From an uncultured Candidatus Saccharibacteria bacterium (GTDB taxonomy: Bacteria; Patescibacteriota; Minisyncoccia; Phycocordibacterales; UBA9973): a DNA stretch of 64,000 bases. The stretch is from positions 26,064 through 90,063 of the forward strand of contig CAZDGL010000002.1 in the NCBI GenBank assembly GCA_964505155.1, written 5' to 3'. Shown in pieces: positions 40,861 to 51,110 of this stretch (positions are counted from its first letter, which is position 1; every line of letters begins with the position of its first letter). The notes under the pieces were generated by a model. The model was not told the origin of the DNA. It saw only the letters and a program-made list of their open reading frames with translations, and did no database searches. The translations under genes were made by a program, and so were the position numbers.

Positions 40861-41451
40861 ATGTTAATCCCAACCGTACTCGAAAAAACACCGCAAGGTG
40901 AGCGTGCTTATGATATTTATTCTCGCCTTTTAAAAGATAGAATTATTTTCTTAAATGATGAGATCAACGACCACAATGCCAACCTTGTCATTGCTCAGCT
41001 TCTATTTTTAGCCAACGAAGATCCAAAAAAAGATATTTACCTTTATATCAATTCCCCTGGTGGCTCAGTCACCTCTACTATGGCAATGTATGACACTATC
41101 CAGTTCATCAAGCCTGATGTCGTTACTGTTTGTGTTGGTCTCGCTGCTTCTGGTGGAGCCATGCTACTACTATCTGGCTCAAAGGGCAAAAGATATGCAT
41201 TACCAAACTCTCGTATCATGATTCACCAACCACTAGGAGGTGCTCAAGGGCAAGTGAGTGATTTGGAAATAATTACCAAAGAATATCTAAGAACAAAAGA
41301 AAATCTCAATAAACTTATTGCCAAGCATACAGGTCAAAAGCTAGAAAAAATAGTAATAGATACAGACAGAGACTTCTTTATGTCTGCTGACGAAGCCAAA
41401 AAGTACGGCATTATTGACGCTGTTATTACCAAAAACCCTGGGGTAAATTAA
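40861..41451 (+). CDS. clpP: ATP-dependent Clp protease proteolytic subunit
   Basis: [33 protein letters not shown]. Confidence 0.98.
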   Translation: MLIPTVLEKTPQGERAYDIYSRLLKDRIIFLNDEINDHNANLVIAQLLFLANEDPKKDIYLYINSPGGSVTSTMAMYDTIQFIKPDVVTVCVGLAASGGAMLLLSGSKGKRYALPNSRIMIHQPLGGAQGQVSDLEIITKEYLRTKENLNKLIAKHTGQKLEKIVIDTDRDFFMSADEAKKYGIIDAVITKNPGVN

Positions 41452-41458
41452 TCGTGGT

Positions 41459-42946
41459 ATGAATCCTTTTTTATTGGCTATAGGAATGCTCTTGGCAGGA
41501 GGCATTATCGGCTATAGCATTCGTGCTGTTATATTTATACTTCGCAAAAATTCCCTAGAGCTCACAATCGGTGAGCGTTTGATGCATGCCAAAGAGCAAG
41601 CCCAAAAGATATTGGATGAAGCTCGCGAAATAGAAAAACAAAAAGAACATGAGTTAAAAAGCTTTGAAGATAGACTAATCAAAAAAGAGTCTCTCTTGGA
41701 CCAAAGACAATTAGAACTAGATGGCAAATCAAAATCTATAGAAGAAAAAGAAAGCAAAACAAATGCTCTCAAAAACCAAGCTGAAATCTTGGTAAAAGAA
41801 AGACTATCAATCTTAGAAAGTATTTCTGGATTTTCTTTGGAAGATGCTAGAGATGCCCTCATCATCGAAGCTGAGAGAAAATACGCCGAAGACTTGTCAG
41901 TGCGAATGAACAAACTAGAAAATCAAATGGATGAGAGTTTGCAAAATCGTGCCAAAGAGATCTTGATGACCGCCATCCAGAGACTCTCTGTCCCAACAAC
42001 CAACGCACTCACTACTACCAGTGTCGCTATCCCAAACGAAGAAACCAAAGGCAAAGTGATAGGTAAAGAAGGTCGCAACATCAGAGTATTTGAAAAGGCT
42101 TCTGGAGTAGAGCTCTTGATGGATGAGGCTCCTGGCTACATCGTGCTTTCTTGTTTTGATCCTGTCAGGCGTGCTATCGCCTCCTTGGCGCTCGAAGCCC
42201 TTATCAAAGACGGACGCATCCAACCAGCAAAGATTGAAGAAGAACTCGAAACTGCCAAAAACAGTATTCACGAAGTTATCAAACAAAAAGGCTCTGATGC
42301 TGTCTTTGAGTGTGGCATCTTCAATCTCGACCCTAGAGTCGTGGCAATACTTGGCAGACTACACTATCGCACTAGTTATGGACAAAATGTTTTACAGCAT
42401 TCCATAGAAATGGCACACGTCGCTGGCATGCTCGCTACAGAACTTGGCGCTGACGCTTATATAGCCAAAGCTGGCGCACTTGTTCACGATATTGGCAAAG
42501 CGCTGGATCATGAGTTTGAAGGCACTCATGTCGAGATAGGAGTCAAAATGCTTAGACGCTTTGGCACTGATGAGAGGATAATCTCTGCTATGAAAAGTCA
42601 TCATGATGATTGTCCACATGAGAGTTTGGAAGCCGTCATAGTGCAAACTGCTGACATGATCAGTGGTTCACGCCCTGGTGCTCGTCGAGATACTACCGAG
42701 ATGTACCTTAAACGTCTCACTGAACTTGAAAACTTAGCGGGCAGTTTCGATGGTGTAGAGAAAGCCTTCGTCCTCCAAGCTGGACGCGAAGTACGCATCT
42801 TTGTCTCCCCTTCTGACATCTCTGATTTAGAGTCCAAAACCTTAGCGCGCAACATCGCCCTTTCTATCGAGCGAGACTTACGTTACCCCGGCCAAATCCG
42901 TGTAACAGTTATCCGAGAAACAAGAGTTATAGACTACGCCCGGTAA
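41459..42946 (+). CDS. rny: Ribonuclease Y
   Basis: N-terminal TM, coiled coil, KH (IGKEGRNIR), HD (HDIGK), SRPGAR. Confidence 0.97.
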   Translation: MNPFLLAIGMLLAGGIIGYSIRAVIFILRKNSLELTIGERLMHAKEQAQKILDEAREIEKQKEHELKSFEDRLIKKESLLDQRQLELDGKSKSIEEKESKTNALKNQAEILVKERLSILESISGFSLEDARDALIIEAERKYAEDLSVRMNKLENQMDESLQNRAKEILMTAIQRLSVPTTNALTTTSVAIPNEETKGKVIGKEGRNIRVFEKASGVELLMDEAPGYIVLSCFDPVRRAIASLALEALIKDGRIQPAKIEEELETAKNSIHEVIKQKGSDAVFECGIFNLDPRVVAILGRLHYRTSYGQNVLQHSIEMAHVAGMLATELGADAYIAKAGALVHDIGKALDHEFEGTHVEIGVKMLRRFGTDERIISAMKSHHDDCPHESLEAVIVQTADMISGSRPGARRDTTEMYLKRLTELENLAGSFDGVEKAFVLQAGREVRIFVSPSDISDLESKTLARNIALSIERDLRYPGQIRVTVIRETRVIDYAR

Positions 42947-42952
42947 TATAAC

Positions 42953-43513
42953 CTATTCAACAAATGGTTTTGCTTTTTCGTATTTAATAAAATAATACTT
43001 AGTACTATGATGGCTCCTATCATCATCCCCTCCGCCTCTGTGCTCACTGAGACGAATGTACTTTTGGCCATTTTTTTTGTTTATAACAACATCTACACTG
43101 TTGCCACTTCGAGTGATAAGGACATCCCCTGTTTTTGAAAAACTATCATTTGATCTAAAAATTCTACTACCAAAAGAGTCTTGTAGCTTGAGAAGCTTTC
43201 GTTTTTCTTCGTACATAGTATCTGTTGATGGCTGTTTACCGTTCTCTTCCCATAGTTTTTTCTCCCATGTATACCTAACAGGAGTTTCTTTTTTTTCTGT
43301 TGAATCAAAAACTTTCTGAGTAATAATTTCATCTTTAAGATGGTTAATGGTAGGCTGTTCTGCCGATTCTCTTTCCTCTTTCATTTTTTTGTAGAGCATT
43401 TCTTGAGCTTGTGCTTCTCTTTCAAAAAAACTTTTATTATGGGCATCATTCCAAGAAAGTTTCTCTTCCCCGCCTAATTCCTCATTGTTATCAGTAACCA
43501 TTTTTTCTGTCAT
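42953..43513 (-). CDS. Hypothetical protein
   Basis: 186-aa ORF, TATACT 8 nt before ATG. Confidence 0.7.
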   Translation of the reverse strand: MTEKMVTDNNEELGGEEKLSWNDAHNKSFFEREAQAQEMLYKKMKEERESAEQPTINHLKDEIITQKVFDSTEKKETPVRYTWEKKLWEENGKQPSTDTMYEEKRKLLKLQDSFGSRIFRSNDSFSKTGDVLITRSGNSVDVVINKKNGQKYIRLSEHRGGGDDDRSHHSTKYYFIKYEKAKPFVE

Positions 43514-43631
43514 ATGTCATAAGTATAACCTTTTTAAGGAAAAGTTAAAATTATGCCTTAAACAGAGCCTCTATGCCAAGCATGTCCAGTTATTAAAATA
43601 AAAAATCCCCGCTAATTGCGGGGATTTTTTA

Positions 43632-43841
43632 TTATTTGTTGTGTAGATCTTCTCTTTTTTCTGCCATTCTTTTAGCAATCTCTGCTTCACTACCAAAGAA
43701 AACCTCTCCGTCACCAAGATCTTTTGAGTATCTTGGATTTCCTTTAGCGTCATACATTTCTTTGTTGCCACCTGAACCACGTTCTGGGGCATCAGCCATC
43801 TCTTCTAAAGCATTTTTTTCCATTTCGTTTTCTATTGACAT
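43632..43841 (-). CDS. Small charged hypothetical protein
   Basis: 69 aa; consensus promoter on - strand 43872-43900; hairpin ~43600-43630. Confidence 0.65.
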   Translation of the reverse strand: MSIENEMEKNALEEMADAPERGSGGNKEMYDAKGNPRYSKDLGDGEVFFGSEAEIAKRMAEKREDLHNK

Positions 43842-43844
43842 AAT

Positions 43845-43900
43845 TTGACAAAATATTATTTATATGATACAATTGTATTAAATTGCAACAAAAATGTCAA
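43845..43900. promoter_or_regulatory. Two overlapping divergent sigma70-type promoters
   Basis: + TTGACA(43845)-17-TACAAT(43868); - TTGACA(43900)-17-TACAAT(43877). Confidence 0.75.
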
Positions 43901-44391
43901 GCATTATCCCTATTTATGGGGAAATCAACAAACAAACAGTTGCTGAAGTAAAGAGTTTTTTAAAAAAAGTATTAGCAAATCCTACAGATAAAAATATTAT
44001 TTTTGAATTTAATTCTGAAGGTGGCGATCTAGAGAGCATAAGAAGAATCAAGACTTTTATGTACGCTATGAATAAATGGGGGTTTAAAATAATCGGTAGG
44101 ATTATTTACGCCGAATCAGCCGCTTTGCTTTTATTCCTTAATTGTGAAGAAAGGCAGGTTACAAAAGAAAGTATAGGTGTAATTCATATACCGGTACTCA
44201 ACCGCCAATATAGCCTCAAAAAACTTGAAGAAGAAAGGGGTGATCAAGCGTCTTTCATCATGAGAAGATGTAAAATGAAAATAATGTGGAAACAGATTTT
44301 TGAACTTGAGGGCAAGAAGCTTAGTTGCCAAGAACTCATTGATCTCGGATTTGCTAATAAGTTGGTACAAACTTTTACTTTAGTAGCATGA
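43894..44391 (+). CDS. Divergent ClpP-like serine protease
   Basis: IYGEIN, FNSEGG, AESAA (Ser), GVIH (His). Confidence 0.75.
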   Translation: MSSIIPIYGEINKQTVAEVKSFLKKVLANPTDKNIIFEFNSEGGDLESIRRIKTFMYAMNKWGFKIIGRIIYAESAALLLFLNCEERQVTKESIGVIHIPVLNRQYSLKKLEEERGDQASFIMRRCKMKIMWKQIFELEGKKLSCQELIDLGFANKLVQTFTLVA

Positions 44392-44441
44392 GGTTGGACA
44401 TTTTGTTCAACCTTTTTTATTTTTCAAGTTATACTATAACC

Positions 44442-47165
44442 ATGTTCACCCCCAAAGAAACATTTGTCTCTCAAGAAGCTGAGATTGGTCACATCGCTAG
44501 CGAATCACAGCGCTCTTATATATTGCAAGAAGGCGGTATCAGGACCAGAGAACAAGCTACTCACAAAACTATCGAGGAGTACGCCCAAGTAGAAGCCAAA
44601 GACTTTTTACATGAAACTCGCGCCCTTCCCGCTCACGAAGCAGAGCGCATCGTCCTCAAACTAAAACCAGAAACACATGACCAAAAGATAGAAGAGCTCT
44701 TTGGGCTAATGCTAGAGAAAGGTATCAAAAACGCTTTGGATATCGCCCACAAACTAGCTGACCCACACCTCGAAGATGACTTCCATAGATTTTTGGTTCA
44801 ATATTTACACACTATCGGCGCTATCCCAGGACTAAAAGAAAAGGATGACACTTATAAACATTTAAATCACACCCTCTTTTCTATCGCCCTGCCACCAGAG
44901 AGCGAGGAGTCTGACTTCAAAAAGAAAGTCGGGGCTATGGGGCAGTTTTATACTAGCTTGATTAGTCTTGTGGGTATCGAAAACACCATCTCTATCGAAC
45001 TAGCTGTTGAGCAACAAACCAAAAACATCACTATCTATACAGCAATCCCTCGTGACAATATCGATGGCTTTGAAAAGTTGGTTCATTCTTTTTTCCCTGG
45101 GTCAGCTGTTGAGGAAGTAGTTGATGACTTCAATATTTTTGGAGATAAGACTAGTGCTATATCTGTAAGCTTAGCGAAGCTCAAAGAAGATCCTTACAAA
45201 CCACTCAAAACCTACAACGATTTTGACAACGATCCTTTTTCAGCTACCCTTGGAGCTTTGTCACAAATAGCTGAGACCGGCGAAGGTTGCGCGTTACAAA
45301 TCATCCTCTCAGAGAGTCTTCATCGTATCGCCGAGCGCAACAACCACATCCTAGCCGAAGCCCAAAACGGATCTGGCAAAGTCAAAGACTTGTACAAAAA
45401 TGCTGTCGAAGACTTAGGAAAAGGCTTGGCCAAAGAAGTCTTTAGTCTTTTCAAAAAATCAAAAGAAGAAAAGGAAGGTCAAGAGAAAAATATAGACACT
45501 GAAGGCGTCGAGCTTCTCAAAAAGAAAAACGATTCTCGGATAGTTGAAGCTTCTATTCGTATCATCGCTTCTTCTAAAGACCTCACTCGTGCCAACCAAA
45601 TGCGCTCTAGTGTAGAGGCAAGCTTTAGTCAGTATAGCCTTGTTGGAGGCAACGCTTTGGAGTGGCAAGAAGTCAAAGGCACCAAAATTTTGGAAGAGTG
45701 CAGGTCGTTTTCTTTCCGAACACACTCTGACAACAAAATGGAACTCTCTTTAAACGAAGTCTCTTCTCTTGTTCACTTCCCTACAAATGCCAAGGGCCCT
45801 AGCGAACTACAAAACAATGACAGCGCAAGTGCTCCAGCCCCTCTTAACGCTTCCAAAAATGTTGAGGGTGTCTATCTAGGGACCAATACTTTCCGAGGTA
45901 GAACCAGCGATGTTTTCTTGGCCAAAGAAGACCGAGTGCGTCACTGCTATGTCGTCGGACAAACAGGTACTGGTAAAACCACTATCTTAAAAAACATGGC
46001 TATCCAAGATATCCAAGCTGGCAACGGTATCTGTTTTATCGATCCACACGGCAATGACATAGAAGACATCCTCGCCAACATTCCAGCCGAGAGACTCGAT
46101 GACGTTATCTACTTTGATCCAGCTTATACTGCTCGACCAATGGGGCTCAACATGCTCGAATACGACATAAACTATCCAGAGCAAAAAATATTTGTTATCA
46201 ATGAACTCCTCGGTATCTTCAACAAACTCTTTGATATGAAAACAGCTGGAGGTCCGGCCTTTGAACAATACTTCCGCAACTCTGCTGGGCTGGTCATGGA
46301 AGATCCAGAAAGTGGCTCTACACTACTTGAGATCAGTCGTGTCATGAGTGACAAAGCCTTTCGAGCTCTCAAACTTTCAAGATGTAAGAACCCAATCATC
46401 AAACAATTCTGGGAAAATGCCGAAAAGACTACCGGCGAAGCATCTCTTGCCAACTTTGTGCCCTACATCACCAACAAGTTTGACCCCTTTGTTTCCAACG
46501 ACATCATGCGCCCAGTGATAGCTCAGCAACACAGTGTACTTAACTTCCGCGAAATCATGGATGGCAGAAAAATCCTTCTAGTAAATCTATCGAAGGGTCG
46601 CCTCGGGGACATCAACTCTCACCTTATCGGACTTTTGTTAGTAGGCAAGATAACTATGGCAGCACTTTCTCGTGTAGACATTGTCGGCAAAGAAAAGATA
46701 AATGACTTCTATCTTTATATCGATGAATTCCAAAACGTCACTACTGATTCTATTGCTACTATCCTCTCTGAGGCTCGAAAATATCGCCTAGCACTCACTG
46801 TCGCCCATCAATACATCGAACAGCTTGAAGAAAAAATCAAAAACGCAGTCTTTGGCAACGTCGGCAACATGATCATCTATCGCGTCAGTCCAGAAAATGC
46901 TTCTGTCTTTGAAAAACAACTTGCGCCGACATTTACGCCAGATGACGTCCTTAAACTTCAAAACTTCAATGCCTATGCCAAGATACTTGTTGGCGGTGTA
47001 CCTGAAAAACCATTCAATCTACGCATCCCTCCTCCACCAAAGGGCAACTTAGCTATTTCCGAGAAGATCAAAGAGCTTTCATACCTCAAATACGGCCGTC
47101 CGAGAGAAGAAGTAGAAGCTGAAATCCTCTCTAGATATAAACCAAAAGAAGAGCTAACTAGTTAA
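44442..47165 (+). CDS. VirB4/TraG/TraD-like ATPase (DUF87/HerA-like)
   Basis: Walker A GQTGTGKT, IDPHG, YIDEFQN, SEARKY. Confidence 0.88.
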   Translation: MFTPKETFVSQEAEIGHIASESQRSYILQEGGIRTREQATHKTIEEYAQVEAKDFLHETRALPAHEAERIVLKLKPETHDQKIEELFGLMLEKGIKNALDIAHKLADPHLEDDFHRFLVQYLHTIGAIPGLKEKDDTYKHLNHTLFSIALPPESEESDFKKKVGAMGQFYTSLISLVGIENTISIELAVEQQTKNITIYTAIPRDNIDGFEKLVHSFFPGSAVEEVVDDFNIFGDKTSAISVSLAKLKEDPYKPLKTYNDFDNDPFSATLGALSQIAETGEGCALQIILSESLHRIAERNNHILAEAQNGSGKVKDLYKNAVEDLGKGLAKEVFSLFKKSKEEKEGQEKNIDTEGVELLKKKNDSRIVEASIRIIASSKDLTRANQMRSSVEASFSQYSLVGGNALEWQEVKGTKILEECRSFSFRTHSDNKMELSLNEVSSLVHFPTNAKGPSELQNNDSASAPAPLNASKNVEGVYLGTNTFRGRTSDVFLAKEDRVRHCYVVGQTGTGKTTILKNMAIQDIQAGNGICFIDPHGNDIEDILANIPAERLDDVIYFDPAYTARPMGLNMLEYDINYPEQKIFVINELLGIFNKLFDMKTAGGPAFEQYFRNSAGLVMEDPESGSTLLEISRVMSDKAFRALKLSRCKNPIIKQFWENAEKTTGEASLANFVPYITNKFDPFVSNDIMRPVIAQQHSVLNFREIMDGRKILLVNLSKGRLGDINSHLIGLLLVGKITMAALSRVDIVGKEKINDFYLYIDEFQNVTTDSIATILSEARKYRLALTVAHQYIEQLEEKIKNAVFGNVGNMIIYRVSPENASVFEKQLAPTFTPDDVLKLQNFNAYAKILVGGVPEKPFNLRIPPPPKGNLAISEKIKELSYLKYGRPREEVEAEILSRYKPKEELTS

Positions 47166-47200
47166 ATCAAAAGATTTTATGTGTGGTATTATATGGCTAT

Positions 47201-48148
47201 ATGACAGAAAAAATACCACCAGCAAATGAGATCTTACAAGAAAATTTAAATCCAGATCAAGAAAAAGGAAAGGATGTTAAGGTAGACCCTGTAGCCATGG
47301 AAGATTTAGAAAAATTAAACTCAGAAATTGAGTTTCGTGGCACAGAAACGGCAGAAATAATAAGAGATGCTCAGGCTAAAAAAGAGCTTGGTACTGAGTC
47401 TTGGAATAGTGAACCAGTGACTGTTTACAGCGCCTCACCAAAACAATCTCCTTCTAATAAATTTCGTAACGGTATTATGGGTCTTAAAATAGCTCTTGCA
47501 GGACTTCTAGGCCTTGGGGCAACAAAAGAATCCAAAGCCAGCACCCCAGAAGATAGTCTTGGTAAAAAGCCTTTGATAGAAAAAGTAAATACTGGTGGTA
47601 TTGAAATAAAAGAAGGCCTAAAAATCAGAGAGATCACTCCTTCAGAAAGAAATGATTGGAATAATTTTATAGATTTTGTTGAATCAAAAGGTCTTAAAGG
47701 TTCTGAAAAGTTAGACAAAGGTAGCGATGCTTTAGCTCGAAGTTTATTTACTGAATACAAAAAACTCCACCCAAATACAACTATAAACTACGAATCAGTT
47801 CCATCTTTCCAGTATGAAATGCAAAAACTAAAACAACAAGCTCAAGGTTTTGCCAAGAGAAGAAATGACCCTAATGCAGATAAAATAATGAGTTTTGTTT
47901 CTAAGGTTGATGGCTGGTTTGGCAAACAAACTTCTCAATCAAAATTTCCTTTTATGGTCGAAAATACTTACCACAATGACGCACTTATTTCTTCTGAAAA
48001 CCTCGGACTTATAGGTGCAGATATGACTCCTGAAAAAAGAGAGCAGATTATGAAAAAAGTTCCTGCAGGAAAACAACTAGAAGAATTAGCTGACGGCTTT
48101 TATTATCAAAACGATGATGGAGATTTTATAAAAGTCTCTAATAAATAA
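47201..48148 (+). CDS. Hypothetical protein with internal hydrophobic/signal-like segment
   Basis: Acidic N-terminus then IALAGLLGLGA. Confidence 0.75.
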   Translation: MTEKIPPANEILQENLNPDQEKGKDVKVDPVAMEDLEKLNSEIEFRGTETAEIIRDAQAKKELGTESWNSEPVTVYSASPKQSPSNKFRNGIMGLKIALAGLLGLGATKESKASTPEDSLGKKPLIEKVNTGGIEIKEGLKIREITPSERNDWNNFIDFVESKGLKGSEKLDKGSDALARSLFTEYKKLHPNTTINYESVPSFQYEMQKLKQQAQGFAKRRNDPNADKIMSFVSKVDGWFGKQTSQSKFPFMVENTYHNDALISSENLGLIGADMTPEKREQIMKKVPAGKQLEELADGFYYQNDDGDFIKVSNK

Positions 48149-48221
48149 AAATAAACCGCCTCTCATAACTGAGGCGGTTTTTCATAGAACATTTTTCTTT
48201 TTTATAACAGCAACGTTTTGA

Positions 48222-48338
48222 TTATTTGTTTTTTGATTCTTTCAAGAAGGATCGGTGGATCAAGATAGCTACAACCGAAACTACAACAAGGAAAGAATTA
48301 AAACAAATAATGATCAGATTTAACGTTGCTTGGTTCAT
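48222..48338 (-). CDS. 38-aa single-TM peptide (mini cassette, not in ORF track)
   Basis: MNQATLNLIIICFNSFLVVVSVVAILIHRSFLKESKNK; TTGACA-17-TATACT at 48361-48389. Confidence 0.55.
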   Translation of the reverse strand: MNQATLNLIIICFNSFLVVVSVVAILIHRSFLKESKNK

Positions 48339-48507
48339 AAAGTATTGGTTATTTGCTTATAGTATAGCATATATGAATCTATATGTCAATTTTGCATCAA
48401 AAAACCCTTGATATATAATGGTGTTAGCGTAAAGCTAGCCAAATAGCTTACACGCTCTGACGAGAATTATCAGACGCAATCCCTAAAAAGGATAAAAAAG
48501 AACAACT

Positions 48508-48780
48508 ATGAACAAATCAGCACTTGTTGAACTAGTACACGGTATCGTTGGTGGTACAAAAGTACAAGCAGAAGAAGTAGTAGAAAGTATCATCAGTGGT
48601 ATCACTAAAACCCTCAAAAAGGGCGAGGAGGTATCTATCGCTGGTCTTGGAATCTTCTCTGTAAAGACTCGCGCAGCTCGTACTGCTCGCAACCCAAAAA
48701 CTGGGGAACCAGTAAAGGTAGCAGCAGCTCGCGTGCCTCGTTTCCGAGCAGCTAAGGCTCTAAAGGACGCAGTTAAATAA
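48508..48780 (+). CDS. hup: DNA-binding protein HU
   Basis: MNKSALV, GLGIFSV, ARNPKTGE, PRFRAAKALKDAVK. Confidence 0.97.
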   Translation: MNKSALVELVHGIVGGTKVQAEEVVESIISGITKTLKKGEEVSIAGLGIFSVKTRAARTARNPKTGEPVKVAAARVPRFRAAKALKDAVK

Positions 48781-48914
48781 GCATTTTCCCGAGCTCGGGT
48801 ATATGCAAATCAAAAGTCCCCTTTTAGGGGGCTTTTGATTTTTGCTTGCAAAATATAGATAATTTGATATAGTTTTACCTAAACCCATTTTGTTTACATT
48901 AAAAAACTTAGCCA

Positions 48915-49277
48915 ATGCCAAAAGTACTTGTGATTTGCCCCAATGAAATTAAAAAATCTTTTTTAAAAATGCTTAAAAAATGCGGTGTTTTTAAAGAAGA
49001 TAACGAAATCCAGGCAATAAACCCTCATGTTCCACCCGATAAAGTGGCCGAAAAAAGATTTTTATTCGGCGCAACAAGAGTAATTTATGTGGGTGTTGAA
49101 GCTCGCAGGCTTGGTGACTACCAGGCATATATGGCCTCAAGAAGAAGGCCTGATGAAAAAATTATTCAATGTGCTGTTGAATGCAAAGAACCTGGCAGAA
49201 AACCACCAGATGCAAAAGAAGTCATATTATTTAATTCTGCAGAAAAAATGACAGAATATCTGAGAGTGGCAATCTAA
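48915..49277 (+). CDS. Hypothetical protein (orphan cassette)
   Basis: 120-aa ORF with own promoter ~48846-48874 and hairpin ~49287-49310. Confidence 0.7.
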   Translation: MPKVLVICPNEIKKSFLKMLKKCGVFKEDNEIQAINPHVPPDKVAEKRFLFGATRVIYVGVEARRLGDYQAYMASRRRPDEKIIQCAVECKEPGRKPPDAKEVILFNSAEKMTEYLRVAI

Positions 49278-49347
49278 AACAAAATTAAAACCCCGCTTAA
49301 AGCGGGGTTTATTTTTTCATAAGGAACAAAAAAATACAACTGCGACA

Positions 49348-50412
49348 TTACTTCTGACCCAGATCTTTTAGTTTACCAACATGGCTTTTTAAAGCTGCTA
49401 AGAAGCTTGGAAAAATAACAATCTTGAAACTATACTTTTCACAAACAGATTTTATTATCTTATGTATCACAGGATAGTGAACATGAGATATCTTTCTAAA
49501 AACATGGTGCTCAATTTGAAAATTAAGCCCCCCTACCCAACAAGTAATAAACCTGTTGTTCGGAGCAAAATTTGCTGTGTGAAGTAATTGGTGTTCTGTT
49601 ATATCCTCACCTTTTGTCTCTTCTATAAATGAATTTTTTACTCCGCGCACAATATGCGCAGGTTGAAACACGACAGAAAGAAGAAAACCTAAAGGCATAG
49701 CAAAAAGTAGGAAGCCTACTAACCATTGCTGAAAACCTAGCTGGTAAATTGGAATCCAAAAAAACATTACCCCAAAGAAAACCTTTCCACCCCAGAAAAG
49801 TATGTGGTCAGAGAATTTAAACCGCAACCGCTCACCCATCACCTTGCCACTAAAGTATTTGAAAAAATCTTTAATCGGCCAAATAATGTAGAGCAAACTA
49901 TAGGCAAGTGGCCAGTACCAGTGCTGATATTTATGAATACGGTACCACTTTTGACCTTCATGAAGTCTCAGAAGCGGGCGAGCTTCAATATCCTCATCTA
50001 CACCCAATACATTGACACCATCATGATGCACTCTGTCGTGTTTTGTATCCCAAATACTACAACTAACACCTAGGCACTCTGATGTTGCCTTTGCCACATT
50101 GTTAAGCCAGGCATGTTCTGAAAACGCGCCATGATTACCATCGTGCATAATGCAAAATCCTATGCCTGCTGCGAAAAAAGCATCGATGGGACATAAGAAA
50201 ATCTTAATTAAGACTGGTAGGTCAGAATAAATTATTAGATACCAAATAAACCAGAAACCGAAGAAAAAGAAAAATGCCTTTAAGAAGAGTTTCCAATTTC
50301 CTTTTTTTGACAAATTGTTGTCTTTGAAATAATTATTTACCCTGGCTATTATTTCTTGGGCCATGGCACTTTTGTTTTTTAACCCTAGTTCTTTGATAGA
50401 ATAAGTTTGCAT
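49348..50412 (-). CDS. Membrane-bound fatty acid (acyl-CoA/acyl-lipid) desaturase
   Basis: Three His boxes HDGNH, HDRVHH, QIEHH; GGLNFQIEHH. Confidence 0.93.
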   Translation of the reverse strand: MQTYSIKELGLKNKSAMAQEIIARVNNYFKDNNLSKKGNWKLFLKAFFFFFGFWFIWYLIIYSDLPVLIKIFLCPIDAFFAAGIGFCIMHDGNHGAFSEHAWLNNVAKATSECLGVSCSIWDTKHDRVHHDGVNVLGVDEDIEARPLLRLHEGQKWYRIHKYQHWYWPLAYSLLYIIWPIKDFFKYFSGKVMGERLRFKFSDHILFWGGKVFFGVMFFWIPIYQLGFQQWLVGFLLFAMPLGFLLSVVFQPAHIVRGVKNSFIEETKGEDITEHQLLHTANFAPNNRFITCWVGGLNFQIEHHVFRKISHVHYPVIHKIIKSVCEKYSFKIVIFPSFLAALKSHVGKLKDLGQK

Positions 50413-50528
50413 GGCTAAAGTTTTAAGCTGTTTTTAAATAACGATGTTTGTTATAAGTTTAACAATTTGATACCAAAAAGCTATTTGACATAGGTTTTTA
50501 AAGTAGTTAGTATAAAGAAAAATGCACC

Positions 50529-50864
50529 ATGATAGATAACACGCTTACACAAAAGGTTCTGATTCTCACCTTCAATCAAGACAGTTTTCCTTTGGCGACA
50601 GGCATACCTCCAGAAGAGGTAAAATTAACTGACCCAAAAAACATCTCAAAAATAAAAGAGATTGTTGATAAACAAAATCCAAAACTAGTCATTATTGATG
50701 GCTGTATCGAAGTCGAAAGTATTGTAAGATCTGTAGTTGCTGTATCAGCAGTACGCAACAGGAAAAGGCTGGACTTAAACATCTATATAGTCAACCAAGA
50801 CAAGCTTTTGATAAGAGGAGCTCGTTGGATACAAAATCCAGAAGACGTAAAACAATACGCCTAA
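50529..50864 (+). CDS. Hypothetical protein (orphan cassette)
   Basis: 111 aa; TTGACA-17-TAGTAT promoter; hairpin aaagccc-gaaa-gggcttt. Confidence 0.7.
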   Translation: MIDNTLTQKVLILTFNQDSFPLATGIPPEEVKLTDPKNISKIKEIVDKQNPKLVIIDGCIEVESIVRSVVAVSAVRNRKRLDLNIYIVNQDKLLIRGARWIQNPEDVKQYA

Positions 50865-50897
50865 AATAAAGCCCGAAAGGGCTTTATTGTTTTGGTA

Positions 50898-50917
50898 GTG
50901 TGCGGGATAAGGGAGTC
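50898..50917 (-). repeat. Direct repeat of tRNA-Gly(TCC) 3' end (att-like), distal copy
   Basis: gtgtgcgggataagggagtc identical to 51776-51795. Confidence 0.9.
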
Positions 50918-51110
50918 TCCCTCGACTCTTTTGCTAAGCAACGAAGTCAGAACTAAACTGAGGTAATAACTTTTTTATTCAAACCTGTTTCATATACAAA
51001 GACAAGGATTTTATCCTTGTATATAAAAGGTTATTTTGTCTTGACAAATATATAACAATATGCTACTATTATATAACAGTAAACAAGTACATTAACCAAA
51101 AAAAATAAGT

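Noticed and set aside
44442-47165. Conjugative element around the VirB4/TraG-like ATPase
   Set aside because: No relaxase, other T4SS genes, integrase or boundaries; solitary ATPases of this type are ordinary in CPR chromosomes.
48226-48411. 61-aa + strand ORF
   Set aside because: TTG start without promoter; the opposite-strand 38-aa ORF has a consensus promoter and TM character.
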